A stretch of DNA of 64,000 bases, taken from Candidatus Binataceae bacterium. Lineage in GTDB: Bacteria > Desulfobacterota > Binatia > Binatales > Binataceae. Below are positions 19,358-28,903 of the stretch, piece by piece. Every line of letters begins with the position of its first letter. The first letter of the stretch is position 1. The notes below the pieces were generated by a model. That model searched no databases, was not told the origin of the DNA, and was given only the letters and a program-made list of their open reading frames with translations. The stretch is taken from NCBI GenBank assembly GCA_050736695.1, contig JBOHWH010000170.1:1973-65972 (forward strand), in the 5' to 3' direction. The translations under genes were made by a program, and so were the position numbers.

Positions 19358-20302
19358 TCAAGCGGGCAGGGCGTCGTAATGCACGCCGGTCATCTGCTCG
19401 GAAACGTTCCACAGCCGGGTTGCGACGCTCTGATCCTTGGCGGCAGCGCTGCGTTTGACGCGGGTCGGATTTCCCCACATCTCGGCCAGGCCGTCGGGGC
19501 CGATATATTCTCCGCCACGCACATCCGGCGCCGCCGCGGCGTAGAGCGTCGGCAACGCGCCCATCGCGGCGCTCTGCGCGAACACCCGATTGGCAACGCC
19601 GAAGAGCGATTCCATGAGCTGCGAACCTTCCAGCCTCGGTCCCGCAGCCTGCAGGTTGGTCGCGGCGTATCCGGGATGACACGCGACCGCGATGATTTTT
19701 CCGGCGTGCGCGTCAATCCGCCGCTGGAGCTCGAGCGTGAACAGCAGATTGGCGAGTTTGCTCTGTCCGTACGCGCGCCATTTCGCGTAGCCGTGCTCCC
19801 AATTCAAATCATCGAAGCGGACCTGTCCCATCCGATGCGCTCCGCTACTGACGGTCACCACTCGCGCGTGATCGGCGGCGAGCAAAGGTTCGAGCAGGAG
19901 CCCGGTCAGTGCGAAATGCCCAAGATGATTGGTGCCGAACTGCATCTCGAAGCCGTCGGCGGTGCGTGCGTATGGGATCGCCATCACGCCCGCGTTGTTG
20001 ACAAGGATATCGAGCGCGCGATGGCGCGCGCGGTAGCTCGCAGCGAATTCGCGAATCGACGCGAGGCTCGAAAGATCAAGCGCCATTGGCTCGACGTTCG
20101 CGGCCGGGTAGGCCGCCTTGATCTGCGCCGCCGCCGCGGCCGCTTTGGTCATATTGCGGCACGCGAGGATCACGCTCGCGCCCTTGCGCGCGAACTGCAG
20201 CGCCGCCTCGTATCCGATCCCGCTATTCCCGCCGGTGACAATGATTTCCTTGCCCGAAAGATCCGGCAGATCTTGAGCGGTCCATTTCCCATTCGCAGCC
20301 AT
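19358..20302 (-). CDS. SDR-family oxidoreductase (retinol-dehydrogenase/WWOX-like)
   Basis: IIVTGGNSGIGYE cofactor motif, NNAG, S...Y-x3-K catalytic tetrad (YGQSK); SD GGGAGGA before ATG 20302. Confidence 0.85.
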   Translation of the reverse strand: MAANGKWTAQDLPDLSGKEIIVTGGNSGIGYEAALQFARKGASVILACRNMTKAAAAAAQIKAAYPAANVEPMALDLSSLASIREFAASYRARHRALDILVNNAGVMAIPYARTADGFEMQFGTNHLGHFALTGLLLEPLLAADHARVVTVSSGAHRMGQVRFDDLNWEHGYAKWRAYGQSKLANLLFTLELQRRIDAHAGKIIAVACHPGYAATNLQAAGPRLEGSQLMESLFGVANRVFAQSAAMGALPTLYAAAAPDVRGGEYIGPDGLAEMWGNPTRVKRSAAAKDQSVATRLWNVSEQMTGVHYDALPA

Positions 20303-20401
20303 CCGAAATCCTCCCGCGCGCGTCAACTACATCACAAGGCGCAGACTACGACCCCGCCGCCGTTTCCGCTACTCGGGCGAAACCAGTGCGGTGCGCGACG
20401 A

Positions 20402-21211
20402 TTACAGTTCCCAGCCGATGGTGGCTTTTACGAATTGGGCGGTTAGCGTGCCGGGAATTCCGAAACCGCCGCCGAAATTGAACTCGAGGCGCGGATCCAG
20501 GTAGAGATTGAAGCCTGGAACGATGAATTGCTGCTGATGGTTGAATCCGTGGCTATGAGTCACCGGACCGGTATCGCCGTAGTACTCGAGCGCGGGTTCG
20601 AGCCAGTTCCATTTGCCGCGCAGCCGATAGCTGATTGCGCCCTGGGGGCCGAATGAGATTCCGCCGTGGGTGCCGGGTCCGGAGAATTGCTTTTCGAAAG
20701 TCGGATTCGCGACCAGGAAAAAATGGCCCGCGTAGCCCTGCGCGATCAGCATGAACTCAACGTTCAGCGGGTCGTCAACCGCCGCGTGGCGCATGTACTG
20801 GAATTCGATATTGCCACCAAATTTTATCGGCCATGAGTCGGTCTGCGGAACGCCGAAATGCACTTTGCTTCGCGCGCCAGCATATTGGTATGTGCCGGTG
20901 CCGAGCTCGCCGGTGCATACGTACTGCCCGACCTCGAGCCACGGCAGCAATCCGTAAGTGAACTCGACCGTGTTGTGATATTGATAGATGGGCAACTCCT
21001 GTTTCGCATTGCCCTGCGCCGCCATCAGATTGTTGGTATGCAGCTCGATCATCAGATGACCCTGCGGGACAGTATTGGCGGTATACATCTGAAGCTCGTA
21101 GAAGTCCGATGCGAATGCGACCGCGCTCGGGCCACATGGCCGAATCGCGAACAAAGCGATCGCGGAAATCGCGCCGACGATTGTGCGAAGATATTTCGAT
21201 CCGGTTCTCAC
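20402..21211 (-). CDS. secreted Gly/aromatic-rich protein, possible outer-membrane beta-barrel (phenol-degradation MetA-like transporter family?)
   Basis: Signal peptide (AISAIALFA), alternating hydrophobic pattern, many G/Y/F/W; family uncertain. Confidence 0.5.
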   Translation of the reverse strand: MRTGSKYLRTIVGAISAIALFAIRPCGPSAVAFASDFYELQMYTANTVPQGHLMIELHTNNLMAAQGNAKQELPIYQYHNTVEFTYGLLPWLEVGQYVCTGELGTGTYQYAGARSKVHFGVPQTDSWPIKFGGNIEFQYMRHAAVDDPLNVEFMLIAQGYAGHFFLVANPTFEKQFSGPGTHGGISFGPQGAISYRLRGKWNWLEPALEYYGDTGPVTHSHGFNHQQQFIVPGFNLYLDPRLEFNFGGGFGIPGTLTAQFVKATIGWEL

Positions 21212-21539
21212 AGGCGCACCGACGGGCGATTCTCAAGAACGATTCCGAGGATATAAAATCCATGTTATTCGGGCCGACGTCCTCGAATGAGCGCGATACT
21301 ACCCCGCACGCGCGCGCAAAATCGAGCCGTCGGAACAGCAATCCATGAAGCATGCGGCGGTACCGCCATCCTGCGCTACTCATGTACCAGAGTAAAAAAG
21401 CCGCCTATGCGGGCGGCTTTTCTGAGATCGTCGATGTGGCGGCGATTTTAGATGCGGTAAGAAGTTCCGCAATGGGTCACGACTTGCGTCGGACCGACAG
21501 TCCGCGCGCGAGGAGTCGCGGCTCCTCGCACACGGAACT

Positions 21540-23528
21540 TTAATGCTGATAGGCGCCCAGATCGACCGGGTTCCTCGGACGCGGCGTCCCCATGATGTCC
21601 AGCGCCGGCACGCCGTACGCCGTCGTACCGGCACCGACGGCAGGACTGGAAGCTTGCGGGATGAAGCTGATCGCCGGATTCACCAGCATCGGATTCTTGC
21701 CGGAGATCTCGGCGGTCAGCGTATCACCCGAGCTGGAGATCGAGGTCGACGAGTTGCCGGTAGTGCCGTTGAAAGTCAGGTTGTTCGCGAACACGTTGGC
21801 CGAGCCGCCGCCGTCGAGGATTGCGGTGTTCGCACCGTTCAAGCTGGGTGCGGCAACCAGGATGTTGTTAGCCACCGCGACTCCGTTCGAGTTCTCCAGC
21901 GAGACCTCGCCGCGCCAGGTGAAGCTGTTCGTGGTTTGAGCGTAATCGTCCCAGCAGGTGTTGTTGAGAATCGTCACCGCGGTTGAATGGAACACCTTGA
22001 CGCATGCGCCCGTGTTGCCGTAGCCGACGTTGTTCTCGACCAGTATCGGCGAGCTGTAGCTGCTGTCGATACCGCTGTCCACGATGATGCCGTTGCCGTC
22101 GGTACCGCCCTGCGGATTTTCGTTCGCGTACGAGAAGTTGTTCGCAATCGTGATGTGGTAGCCCGCGGCGCCATCCGCTGCCAACGGCTCGTACACGGAG
22201 ATCCCTGAGCCTGAGCCGGTCCAGGCGCCGGCGTTGCCCGAGGTAATGTTGTTTTCGATATCGATGTAGTCGGCGTTGTTGAGCTGGATCCCGCTGGCGC
22301 TCGCGCCCGTGACTTCGTTGCCGGTCACCCTAAAATGCGCTCCTCCGTTCGACGTAACGATTCCCCACATGCCGCCGGTCACCTCGAGGTTCTCGACCGC
22401 GATGTAGGACTGCGCGTTGATGTTGACGCCCATCGCGGAGGTGCCGCTCATGCTGATGGTGGCGCCCAGAGGAGTCGAGGCGGCCAGCGTGATCCATCCG
22501 TTCGCGTTGCCCGAGTTGTTGAAGGTGACGCCCGTCGTAAAGGTGCCGCTGGCGCATACGGTGCTGCCAGGCTGGGCCGCATTAACGCCTTCCTGCAGAG
22601 TCTTGTAGGGGTGCGCTGACGACGTGCCCGGACCTGAATCGCTTCCGGCAGGCGACACGAATATCGTGCACGCAATCGCGGACGTAGGACTCGCGGTTGG
22701 TGTCGCCGTGACGGTGGGAGTCGCGGTTTTGGTAGGCGTTGCAGTCGCCGTTGGCGTCGCGGTTGTGGTGATGGTTGGCGTTGCTGTCGGCGTCGTGGTT
22801 GCGGTTACGGTGGCAGTCGCCGTTGCGTTCACGGTTGGCGTCGAAGTGGCGGTTGCGGTTAGAGTCGGAGTAGGCCTGACCGTCGCGGTGACAGTTGGCG
22901 TGATCGTCGTTGTCGCGGTCGCGGAAAATGTCGGCGTTGGAGCTTGCGTGGGAGTCGCGGTCACGGTCGGCGTGAACCCTGGGGTCGGAGTAACGGTCGG
23001 TGTCGGAGAGTGGCGCTTGCGAGGCCCGAGATTTCTGATTCTGCCGATCAGTGGTACCGAAATGATCGGATTGCTCGCATCGCTCCCAATTGTCAGCATT
23101 CCCTGATGGGTCCCCGACGGATCCGACGTGAAGCTGATCATGACAACGCATCGTGTGCCCGGCTGCAATTCTCCAACGCAGGTGTTCGACGCAACGAACT
23201 CAGCGCTCGAGGATTGGATCGTGCTGATGCTGATTGGTTTATTCTGGCGGTGATTTTTCTTGTTGATGAGGGTGACTTTTCCGGATTTGGTTTCGACGAC
23301 GGTTCCGAGCTGCATGATCTCGGTCGCCGCCGCTGCCGTGCGCGGCGTAACCTGGAGAGCCGCCGGTTCGGGGCTGGGCATCGGCAGAGCGTCCCGAGTG
23401 ATCCCGGAGGAGGGACTGCCGGGTTCATTCTGATACGCATACGACTCGGTCGCCGCTCCCAGTGCGACTATAGTCGCCACGATTCCGGCAACAACTGCGA
23501 AGAGACTTCGATTGATCGACAAAAACAT
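21540..23528 (-). CDS. secreted right-handed parallel beta-helix (pectate-lyase-fold) protein with Thr/Pro-rich linker
   Basis: Signal peptide; N-terminal beta-sandwich-like domain; ~110-aa TPTxT linker; C-terminal repeats NN(I/V)xxGN..G.G(I/V) typical of PbH1 beta-helix. Confidence 0.75.
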   Translation of the reverse strand: MFLSINRSLFAVVAGIVATIVALGAATESYAYQNEPGSPSSGITRDALPMPSPEPAALQVTPRTAAAATEIMQLGTVVETKSGKVTLINKKNHRQNKPISISTIQSSSAEFVASNTCVGELQPGTRCVVMISFTSDPSGTHQGMLTIGSDASNPIISVPLIGRIRNLGPRKRHSPTPTVTPTPGFTPTVTATPTQAPTPTFSATATTTITPTVTATVRPTPTLTATATSTPTVNATATATVTATTTPTATPTITTTATPTATATPTKTATPTVTATPTASPTSAIACTIFVSPAGSDSGPGTSSAHPYKTLQEGVNAAQPGSTVCASGTFTTGVTFNNSGNANGWITLAASTPLGATISMSGTSAMGVNINAQSYIAVENLEVTGGMWGIVTSNGGAHFRVTGNEVTGASASGIQLNNADYIDIENNITSGNAGAWTGSGSGISVYEPLAADGAAGYHITIANNFSYANENPQGGTDGNGIIVDSGIDSSYSSPILVENNVGYGNTGACVKVFHSTAVTILNNTCWDDYAQTTNSFTWRGEVSLENSNGVAVANNILVAAPSLNGANTAILDGGGSANVFANNLTFNGTTGNSSTSISSSGDTLTAEISGKNPMLVNPAISFIPQASSPAVGAGTTAYGVPALDIMGTPRPRNPVDLGAYQH
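22676..23006 (-). repeat. low-complexity coding repeat (TPT/TAT linker) inside beta-helix protein gene
   Basis: Degenerate tandem repeats at DNA level (GGCGTCGCGGTTG / GGTGGCGGTTG variants). Confidence 0.6.
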
Positions 23529-23622
23529 TGGCCCAGCTTGTGGCGGCCGTCTCGAGACGCCGCCGTTCGCCGCGCTCGTGGCGCTACAAAAAGTAGCATC
23601 GATGCGCAGCTATCAATCCCAG

Positions 23623-23639
23623 AGCGAATTTCGTGCCGT
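23623..23639 (-). promoter_or_regulatory. sigma-54 (-24/-12) promoter candidate upstream of beta-helix protein gene
   Basis: Minus-strand reading cGGCACG-AAAT-TCGCt matches TGGCACG-N4-TTGCW with invariant GG and GC at correct spacing; ~90 nt upstream of start 23528. Confidence 0.5.
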
Positions 23640-24092
23640 CTTTCCTTCATCCCTTCCCTACAAGTTGTATCATTATGGGGTTGTCTATGAGACACTTTTT
23701 TTCATAAGCTGTAGCAATGGTGCAACGCGCACCGCGCGAATTGGCTCCGCTGCCCCTCGCGATGCTTCAGCGAGTGTCCGAAATTCACACGCCTACAGCG
23801 CGCCTCGCGACTCTCACCCGGATCCGCGCCGCCGCGGCGCGCCGCAACATCGATCGCGTTCTGATTTGCGAAACTCGACCCCGAGTGCGGAGTAGCTGAG
23901 GCACTTCAGGTCGTCCCCAAGTCACGCGCCCAGATGGCCTCCGCTTCGGAAGAAACCAGCCGAGCTAGGTCGCTGGCGATAGTTCGTTTTGCACTGTCAT
24001 GTAGGGCAAGGGTTTGCTATGTTGCGTCTAGTTAATCCGACTGGCGGCCAACGGTCCGACGACTTTCGGCGGACCATACCCCGCACTTCGTA

Positions 24093-24407
24093 ATGTTCTG
24101 GAAGTTTGCAATGGAGACGACGATGGATCAGGGCAATTCTCAGGCGCACGATTATCTGATTGTTAACCGCGTCCAGTTGTTGACCGAATGCGGATGCAGC
24201 GCCTGCGGCGGCAGTTTCAGCACGAATCCGGCAGGCGACAAGGCGCTGGTGGTGACGATCGCAGAAGGCGGTCGCACTTTTATCTTCTGCGGCGGATGCG
24301 GCGACAATATCGCCGGGCGTATCGCCTCGGACGAAGTGCGCAAGAACTACGTCTGGGATTGGGCGGTGCCGCTTCGCGACGGGCGCCCGGCAACGCATAC
24401 ATCCTGA
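24093..24407 (+). CDS. small Cys-rich hypothetical protein (CxCxxC ... CxxCGxNI putative zinc-ribbon)
   Basis: 104 aa; TECGCSACGG and TFIFCGGCGDNIAGRIAS. Confidence 0.45.
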   Translation: MFWKFAMETTMDQGNSQAHDYLIVNRVQLLTECGCSACGGSFSTNPAGDKALVVTIAEGGRTFIFCGGCGDNIAGRIASDEVRKNYVWDWAVPLRDGRPATHTS

Positions 24408-24430
24408 GCGCTTAGTCCGCGCCGGACGCG

Positions 24431-25018
24431 ATGGATTCGATCAGGGGATGGCTCGCGATCGCTCCTTTAGCCGGCGCGATCGCGCGTCTGTCCGGGCGCA
24501 CCGGCCATATCTGTTTTCTGCTCGAACGCGGCCTTGCGATCGTGGCGCCGCATTGCGCGGCTTGCGGAATCGCGTTTGATCCGCCGAGTCGGGCGGGCGA
24601 GCGGTTCCGGGTAGCGCTTCAGGTCTTCGAAGCGGGTGCGGATGCGGAACTGGTTTCGAGCACGCGGATGTTCGTCGGCTCCAAGGTGCTGTTAGCCCGC
24701 GCAGGCGCGCCGCTGGGTCCGATGCTCGATCGATCGATTACCTACGTCGGGGCCAGAGTCATGGTCGTGATGCCGCGGTATCGGGACGCCGGCCATATCC
24801 CGATCCTGTTATGCCGCGCGTGCGGCGAAAACATCGGACATCATCTCAGCAAAGCAAGCGAAGCCAGCTACGGATGGGATCGGCTGGTGGAATTTCGTCC
24901 CAAGAGGTTGCTCGCGCGATGGGCCATGCGGCTAATGCGGCGTCGGGACGACTTTTCGAAATTCCAGATGCGGGCCGTCGCGAGCCCGATCGATCGACGT
25001 TGGATTCGCGCTCGTTAA
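24431..25018 (+). CDS. Cys-rich hypothetical protein, paralog of 24093-24407 with N-terminal extension
   Basis: HCAACGIAF and HIPILLCRACGENIGHHL align to the motifs of the upstream ORF. Confidence 0.45.
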   Translation: MDSIRGWLAIAPLAGAIARLSGRTGHICFLLERGLAIVAPHCAACGIAFDPPSRAGERFRVALQVFEAGADAELVSSTRMFVGSKVLLARAGAPLGPMLDRSITYVGARVMVVMPRYRDAGHIPILLCRACGENIGHHLSKASEASYGWDRLVEFRPKRLLARWAMRLMRRRDDFSKFQMRAVASPIDRRWIRAR

Positions 25019-25295
25019 CGCGAAAGTCCACCTCAAAAATCAGAAATACGTGAGATTCATGCGCGTATCGACCTAAAGCCGATCCGAATCGCGCGCGGTG
25101 TCTCCACGCGGTACCAAATGAGCGCATTTCCACAACAATTCGTACTTATGCTGGCCGTAAGCTCCTTTGACATTCCTCGGCGACTGCACTAATACTCACG
25201 CGCTGGTCATTCCGGTAACTTTGGTACGGCGATCCTGCTGTCGCGGGTGGGGACGCCCAATAAACAAGTTCCCCAGTAGGGGAACGGAGGTTTCT

Positions 25296-26606
25296 ATGCG
25301 TGTGGGGACTCGCTTGTGGGGAACAGGACTCCTGAGCGCCGCGGCCTCGATTGCGTTGGCCACATTAGTGGCCACGCCGGCCGTTGCTCAGGTTAAACCA
25401 GGTGATTTTATCACCGCCGATCAATCCGCGAAGGTCAAAAACCTCGTCTCTCCGGGAGTGCTTTACAAGGTCGAGCGCGGGATGTCGATGAAAATCGTAC
25501 CGACCGAACGAATCGATTGGCCGCCGCCGTACAAAGATGCGACCGAGAAATACTCGGCGCAAGTGGACTTGTCGGCTGACCATCGTTCGCTCGTCGGCTA
25601 TGTCGCCGGACAGCCGTTCCCGCTGATCGATGCCAACGATCCGTACGTCGCGACCAAGATCGCGTGGAACAACGTGTTCCGCCCGATCAACAGCGACGAC
25701 TACGATCTGCGCTATTTCGATTGCGACACCGTCTATACGGGCAAAAACAAGCCGTTCTTCGAAGTCGCCTACGGACAGCTCGGCCATTACGCAGGCTATG
25801 ATCTGGTCGGGCGCACCGAAGTCGATCCCCTGCCGACTGATCCGGACTTCAAGAAGACCAATCGTCTGTGGCTGTTCTTCCTCGGACCCGAACTCGCCCC
25901 AGCGAATTCGCGTGGCACCAGCTTGCTGCGCTATCGCTACGCGCCGGAAAATCAGGGCGACGACACGTGGACCTGGGAGACCGGCTCGCGCCGCGTACGC
26001 CGGCTGGACGAAGCGATCAATTCGTCGGCAACCGGAGCGCAGACTTTCGACCCCGATCATTATTCGGGCTTCAATCCGAAGACCGAGGAATACGACTACC
26101 ACTTCATGGGCGAGAAGCAGATGCTAGCGTGCGTGCGCGCCGAGCATTCGCCTGAGGTACGATGCCCCACCGATGGCGGCGGCAGTGCGTGTCCGGAAGT
26201 GTGGGAAATGCGCCATATGTACATTATCGAAGCGCTGCCCCGCAAAAGTAACAACTCCGGCGCGCTCGATTCACGTACCGTGATCTACGAAGACTCCGAA
26301 ATGTGGTTCCAGCCGTATATCGATACCTATGACCGGCAAGGTCAGCTCTGGCGCAACCATATCTACTGGTCTGCGTTCCGCGACCGTCCGGTTCCCGACG
26401 CGAAAGTCGCGATCTATCCGTTCAAGCGCGAGTTCGTGGTCGGCGCGGCATCGACGGACGTGCAGAACGCGCTGGTGACGATGTGCTACCTGCCCGGCAT
26501 GGAAACGCCGGAGCGCGAATGCTGGTACATCAACATGGGCGCGGTCGACAAGGGCTTCTTCACGCAGGAAGCCATGGTCAAGGGGGCAGTCAGCGGAGGA
26601 CGTTAA
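25296..26606 (+). CDS. periplasmic DUF1329-like protein
   Basis: SD GGAACGGAGG before ATG 25296; signal peptide LLSAAASIALATLVATPAVAQ; ~435 aa mature protein; family call tentative. Confidence 0.5.
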   Translation: MRVGTRLWGTGLLSAAASIALATLVATPAVAQVKPGDFITADQSAKVKNLVSPGVLYKVERGMSMKIVPTERIDWPPPYKDATEKYSAQVDLSADHRSLVGYVAGQPFPLIDANDPYVATKIAWNNVFRPINSDDYDLRYFDCDTVYTGKNKPFFEVAYGQLGHYAGYDLVGRTEVDPLPTDPDFKKTNRLWLFFLGPELAPANSRGTSLLRYRYAPENQGDDTWTWETGSRRVRRLDEAINSSATGAQTFDPDHYSGFNPKTEEYDYHFMGEKQMLACVRAEHSPEVRCPTDGGGSACPEVWEMRHMYIIEALPRKSNNSGALDSRTVIYEDSEMWFQPYIDTYDRQGQLWRNHIYWSAFRDRPVPDAKVAIYPFKREFVVGAASTDVQNALVTMCYLPGMETPERECWYINMGAVDKGFFTQEAMVKGAVSGGR

Positions 26607-26656
26607 GCGCGATCCGCTAAAATCTGCCTCGGGACTTACCTCAAGTCTGAATCGAC

Positions 26657-26692
26657 GCCGGCGGGATCATCGGATCCCGCCGGCTTCTTGTG
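26657..26692 (+). terminator. intrinsic terminator candidate GCCGGCGGGATC-ATCG-GATCCCGCCGGC followed by TTCTTGT
   Basis: 12-bp perfect GC-rich stem 50 nt after DUF1329-like stop; weak U-tract. Confidence 0.55.
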
Positions 26693-26765
26693 AAGCGGTG
26701 CAAAAACGGCGGGTTCACCGTTGCTGACACGCATCGGGACAGCGAGAACCGCGAGCTTCACAGAA

Positions 26766-27569
26766 TCAGGCGAAGGAGCCTGGTTTGCGCTTGGGGAACG
26801 CGAGCTGGCGCATCCGCTTGGGTGGTCCGTCGATGAATCCGATTGAATTCAGATAGAGCTCGCCGCCGAGCAGGCGGCGAAGCACCGGCGACGCGCGATG
26901 CCATACTTCTTCGCGCACCGATACAAGATGATTTTCCTGCACACGCAGGAATGGCCGCACGTAGTAAGCGAATAGTGCGCGGCGCTGTCCGGCGCGGGTT
27001 ACATTCGCACCCGTGCGATGCCACGTGTAGCCGTGCAGGATCGCGAGCGACCCTGCGGGCGCGATCAGCGGCACGCAGGTGTATTTCCGGCGCGGATCCG
27101 GATTGCAGCGCATCCGATGCGATCCGGGAACGTATTCGGTGCCGCCGTTTTCGAGCGTGAAGTTATCGAGGATCCAGATCGCGTTCGCCGCCAGCGGCAC
27201 TTCCGGATGCGGCGGCGGCACGTAGCCCGAATCCGAATGCAACAGCATCGGCTCGCCGCCCGGCCCGGTCGTATTAGAGGAAAATCCCGACAGGATAAAA
27301 TCGCCGGCGAGGACTTGCTGCATTAGCGACATCACCGCCGGATCCTGCACCGCCGCCTCGAACACCTGGCCCTTGTTGACCAGGTTGAACACGCGCTGGT
27401 TGGCGCCTTCGGATTCGATAAATCCGACTCCCGCCGCGCGCTCGGACTGATTGAGCTCGTCCACCCGATCGCGCAGGCGAGCGAGCGTCTCGTGAGGCAT
27501 AAAGTCCCGGATGAGCGCAATTCCGTCGCGCGCCAGGGTGGCAATCGTGCGGTCGAGATCAAAATCCAT
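26766..27569 (-). CDS. phytanoyl-CoA dioxygenase (PhyH) family Fe(II)/2-oxoglutarate oxygenase
   Basis: HSDSGY (HxD) and TWHRTGAN second His, 267 aa. Confidence 0.8.
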   Translation of the reverse strand: MDFDLDRTIATLARDGIALIRDFMPHETLARLRDRVDELNQSERAAGVGFIESEGANQRVFNLVNKGQVFEAAVQDPAVMSLMQQVLAGDFILSGFSSNTTGPGGEPMLLHSDSGYVPPPHPEVPLAANAIWILDNFTLENGGTEYVPGSHRMRCNPDPRRKYTCVPLIAPAGSLAILHGYTWHRTGANVTRAGQRRALFAYYVRPFLRVQENHLVSVREEVWHRASPVLRRLLGGELYLNSIGFIDGPPKRMRQLAFPKRKPGSFA

Positions 27570-27707
27570 CGCGGACGCGGACCTCCGTCGGTTCCTGAAC
27601 GATCGGTTAATGATGCAATATCCGAGGCTCGGTTGACAATCCCGCTGATGCAGGGGGCGGCTCGGGAGCCGCCCGCGGACCTGACGCGAACTGGGTTCGT
27701 TTGGGCT

Positions 27708-28250
27708 CTAATGTGCGAGCAGGAGGTACACGGTGCCCGACAGCAGCACGAGGATGCCGGGATTGATGTGCCGCCATAGCAGGATCGCGCTGACGCCGAG
27801 CGCAATTCCGAGTCCGACCGGATTCATTCGTCCGGTGACTGGACTTACGATTGTAAGCTTTGCGATTGCGAAGGTTCCCGCGCACATCAAGCCGATTGCG
27901 ACCGGCGCCATCCCGCGCTGCACCGAGAGGCGCCACGGCGAGCCCTCAAAATGTACCCACAGGCGATTCGCCAGCAAGGTGAGCACGCAGTCGGGCAAGA
28001 AAAACGCAACGCCCACGATTGCCGCGCCAAGCGCGCCCATCAGCTTGTAGCCGATCACCATGACCATCAGCATGTTCGGCCCGGGGGCAACCTGGCCCAA
28101 GCTATAGATGTCGCGGAATCCTCTGTCGCTGAGTCCAAACCAATGCACTGTCGCATGCTGCATCTCGGGCAGCACGGCGGTGCCACCTCCGACCGCAAGA
28201 ACGCCCAGCATCGCGAACACCAGACCGAGCTTAACCAGTTGGGTTCTCAT
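27708..28250 (-). CDS. chrA: chromate transporter (CHR family) short-chain subunit, C-terminal-type half
   Basis: 180 aa, 5-6 TM, GxxAxGGG ... PGP motifs of CHR family. Confidence 0.75.
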   Translation of the reverse strand: MRTQLVKLGLVFAMLGVLAVGGGTAVLPEMQHATVHWFGLSDRGFRDIYSLGQVAPGPNMLMVMVIGYKLMGALGAAIVGVAFFLPDCVLTLLANRLWVHFEGSPWRLSVQRGMAPVAIGLMCAGTFAIAKLTIVSPVTGRMNPVGLGIALGVSAILLWRHINPGILVLLSGTVYLLLAH

Positions 28251-28255
28251 GCGCT

Positions 28256-28903
28256 TTAGTGCCGGAGGTTTCCATGGCGTGGTCCGCGATGAAACGGCAA
28301 ATGCAGCTCTGCCGACTGGGCATGAGATCGTTCAGTGCCGGGACGGTACATTAGGATTGCGAGCGGTCCGATAACCAGCAACACCCAGGCGAGCGAGATC
28401 TTGAAGATCGATACCGCCGCAAAAGTGACGAGAATAATCGAAAGGTCGGTCAGTTTCTGGAACTGGCGGCGTCCGAGTTGTAGCGTCACCACCGAAAGCA
28501 TCCCCACCGCGGCGGCGGCGATTCCCAGCAGAAATTTACCGACCAGGGGATTATGCGGACGGTCGCTCCACAGGACTCCAAGCACCATCACGATCACCGC
28601 TCCCGGGATCATCAGACCCGCGGTTGCGGCGATCGCGCCGGGGATTCCGCGAAGGTTATCGCCGACGATCACGGCGATATTGACCGAGTTCAGTCCCGGC
28701 AGAGTCTCAGAGATTTCAAGTGTGGCGAGAAAATCTTCATCGGTGAGCCACTTGGATCCGCCGACGACATACTCGCGCTCGTAGGCGACTACGCCGCCGC
28801 CGAAGCTGACCGCGCCGGCCATAAAGAAGAGCTTGAACAGATCGAACAGCGCGACTTTCTTCGCCGCCGGGGTGCTCTCACTCGCGGTGCTTGACGGTGG
28901 CAT
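28256..28903 (-). CDS. chrA: chromate transporter (CHR family) short-chain subunit, N-terminal-type half
   Basis: FMAGAVSFGGGVVAYERE ... ETLPGLNSVNIAVIVG; adjacent to partner half (split ChrA pair). Confidence 0.7.
   Translation of the reverse strand: MPPSSTASESTPAAKKVALFDLFKLFFMAGAVSFGGGVVAYEREYVVGGSKWLTDEDFLATLEISETLPGLNSVNIAVIVGDNLRGIPGAIAATAGLMIPGAVIVMVLGVLWSDRPHNPLVGKFLLGIAAAAVGMLSVVTLQLGRRQFQKLTDLSIILVTFAAVSIFKISLAWVLLVIGPLAILMYRPGTERSHAQSAELHLPFHRGPRHGNLRH

Noticed and set aside
21974-23151. Multiple short ORFs on both strands inside the TPT-linker region
   Set aside because: Generated by the low-complexity repeat; the minus-strand 662-aa frame is continuous and has signal peptide plus beta-helix domains.
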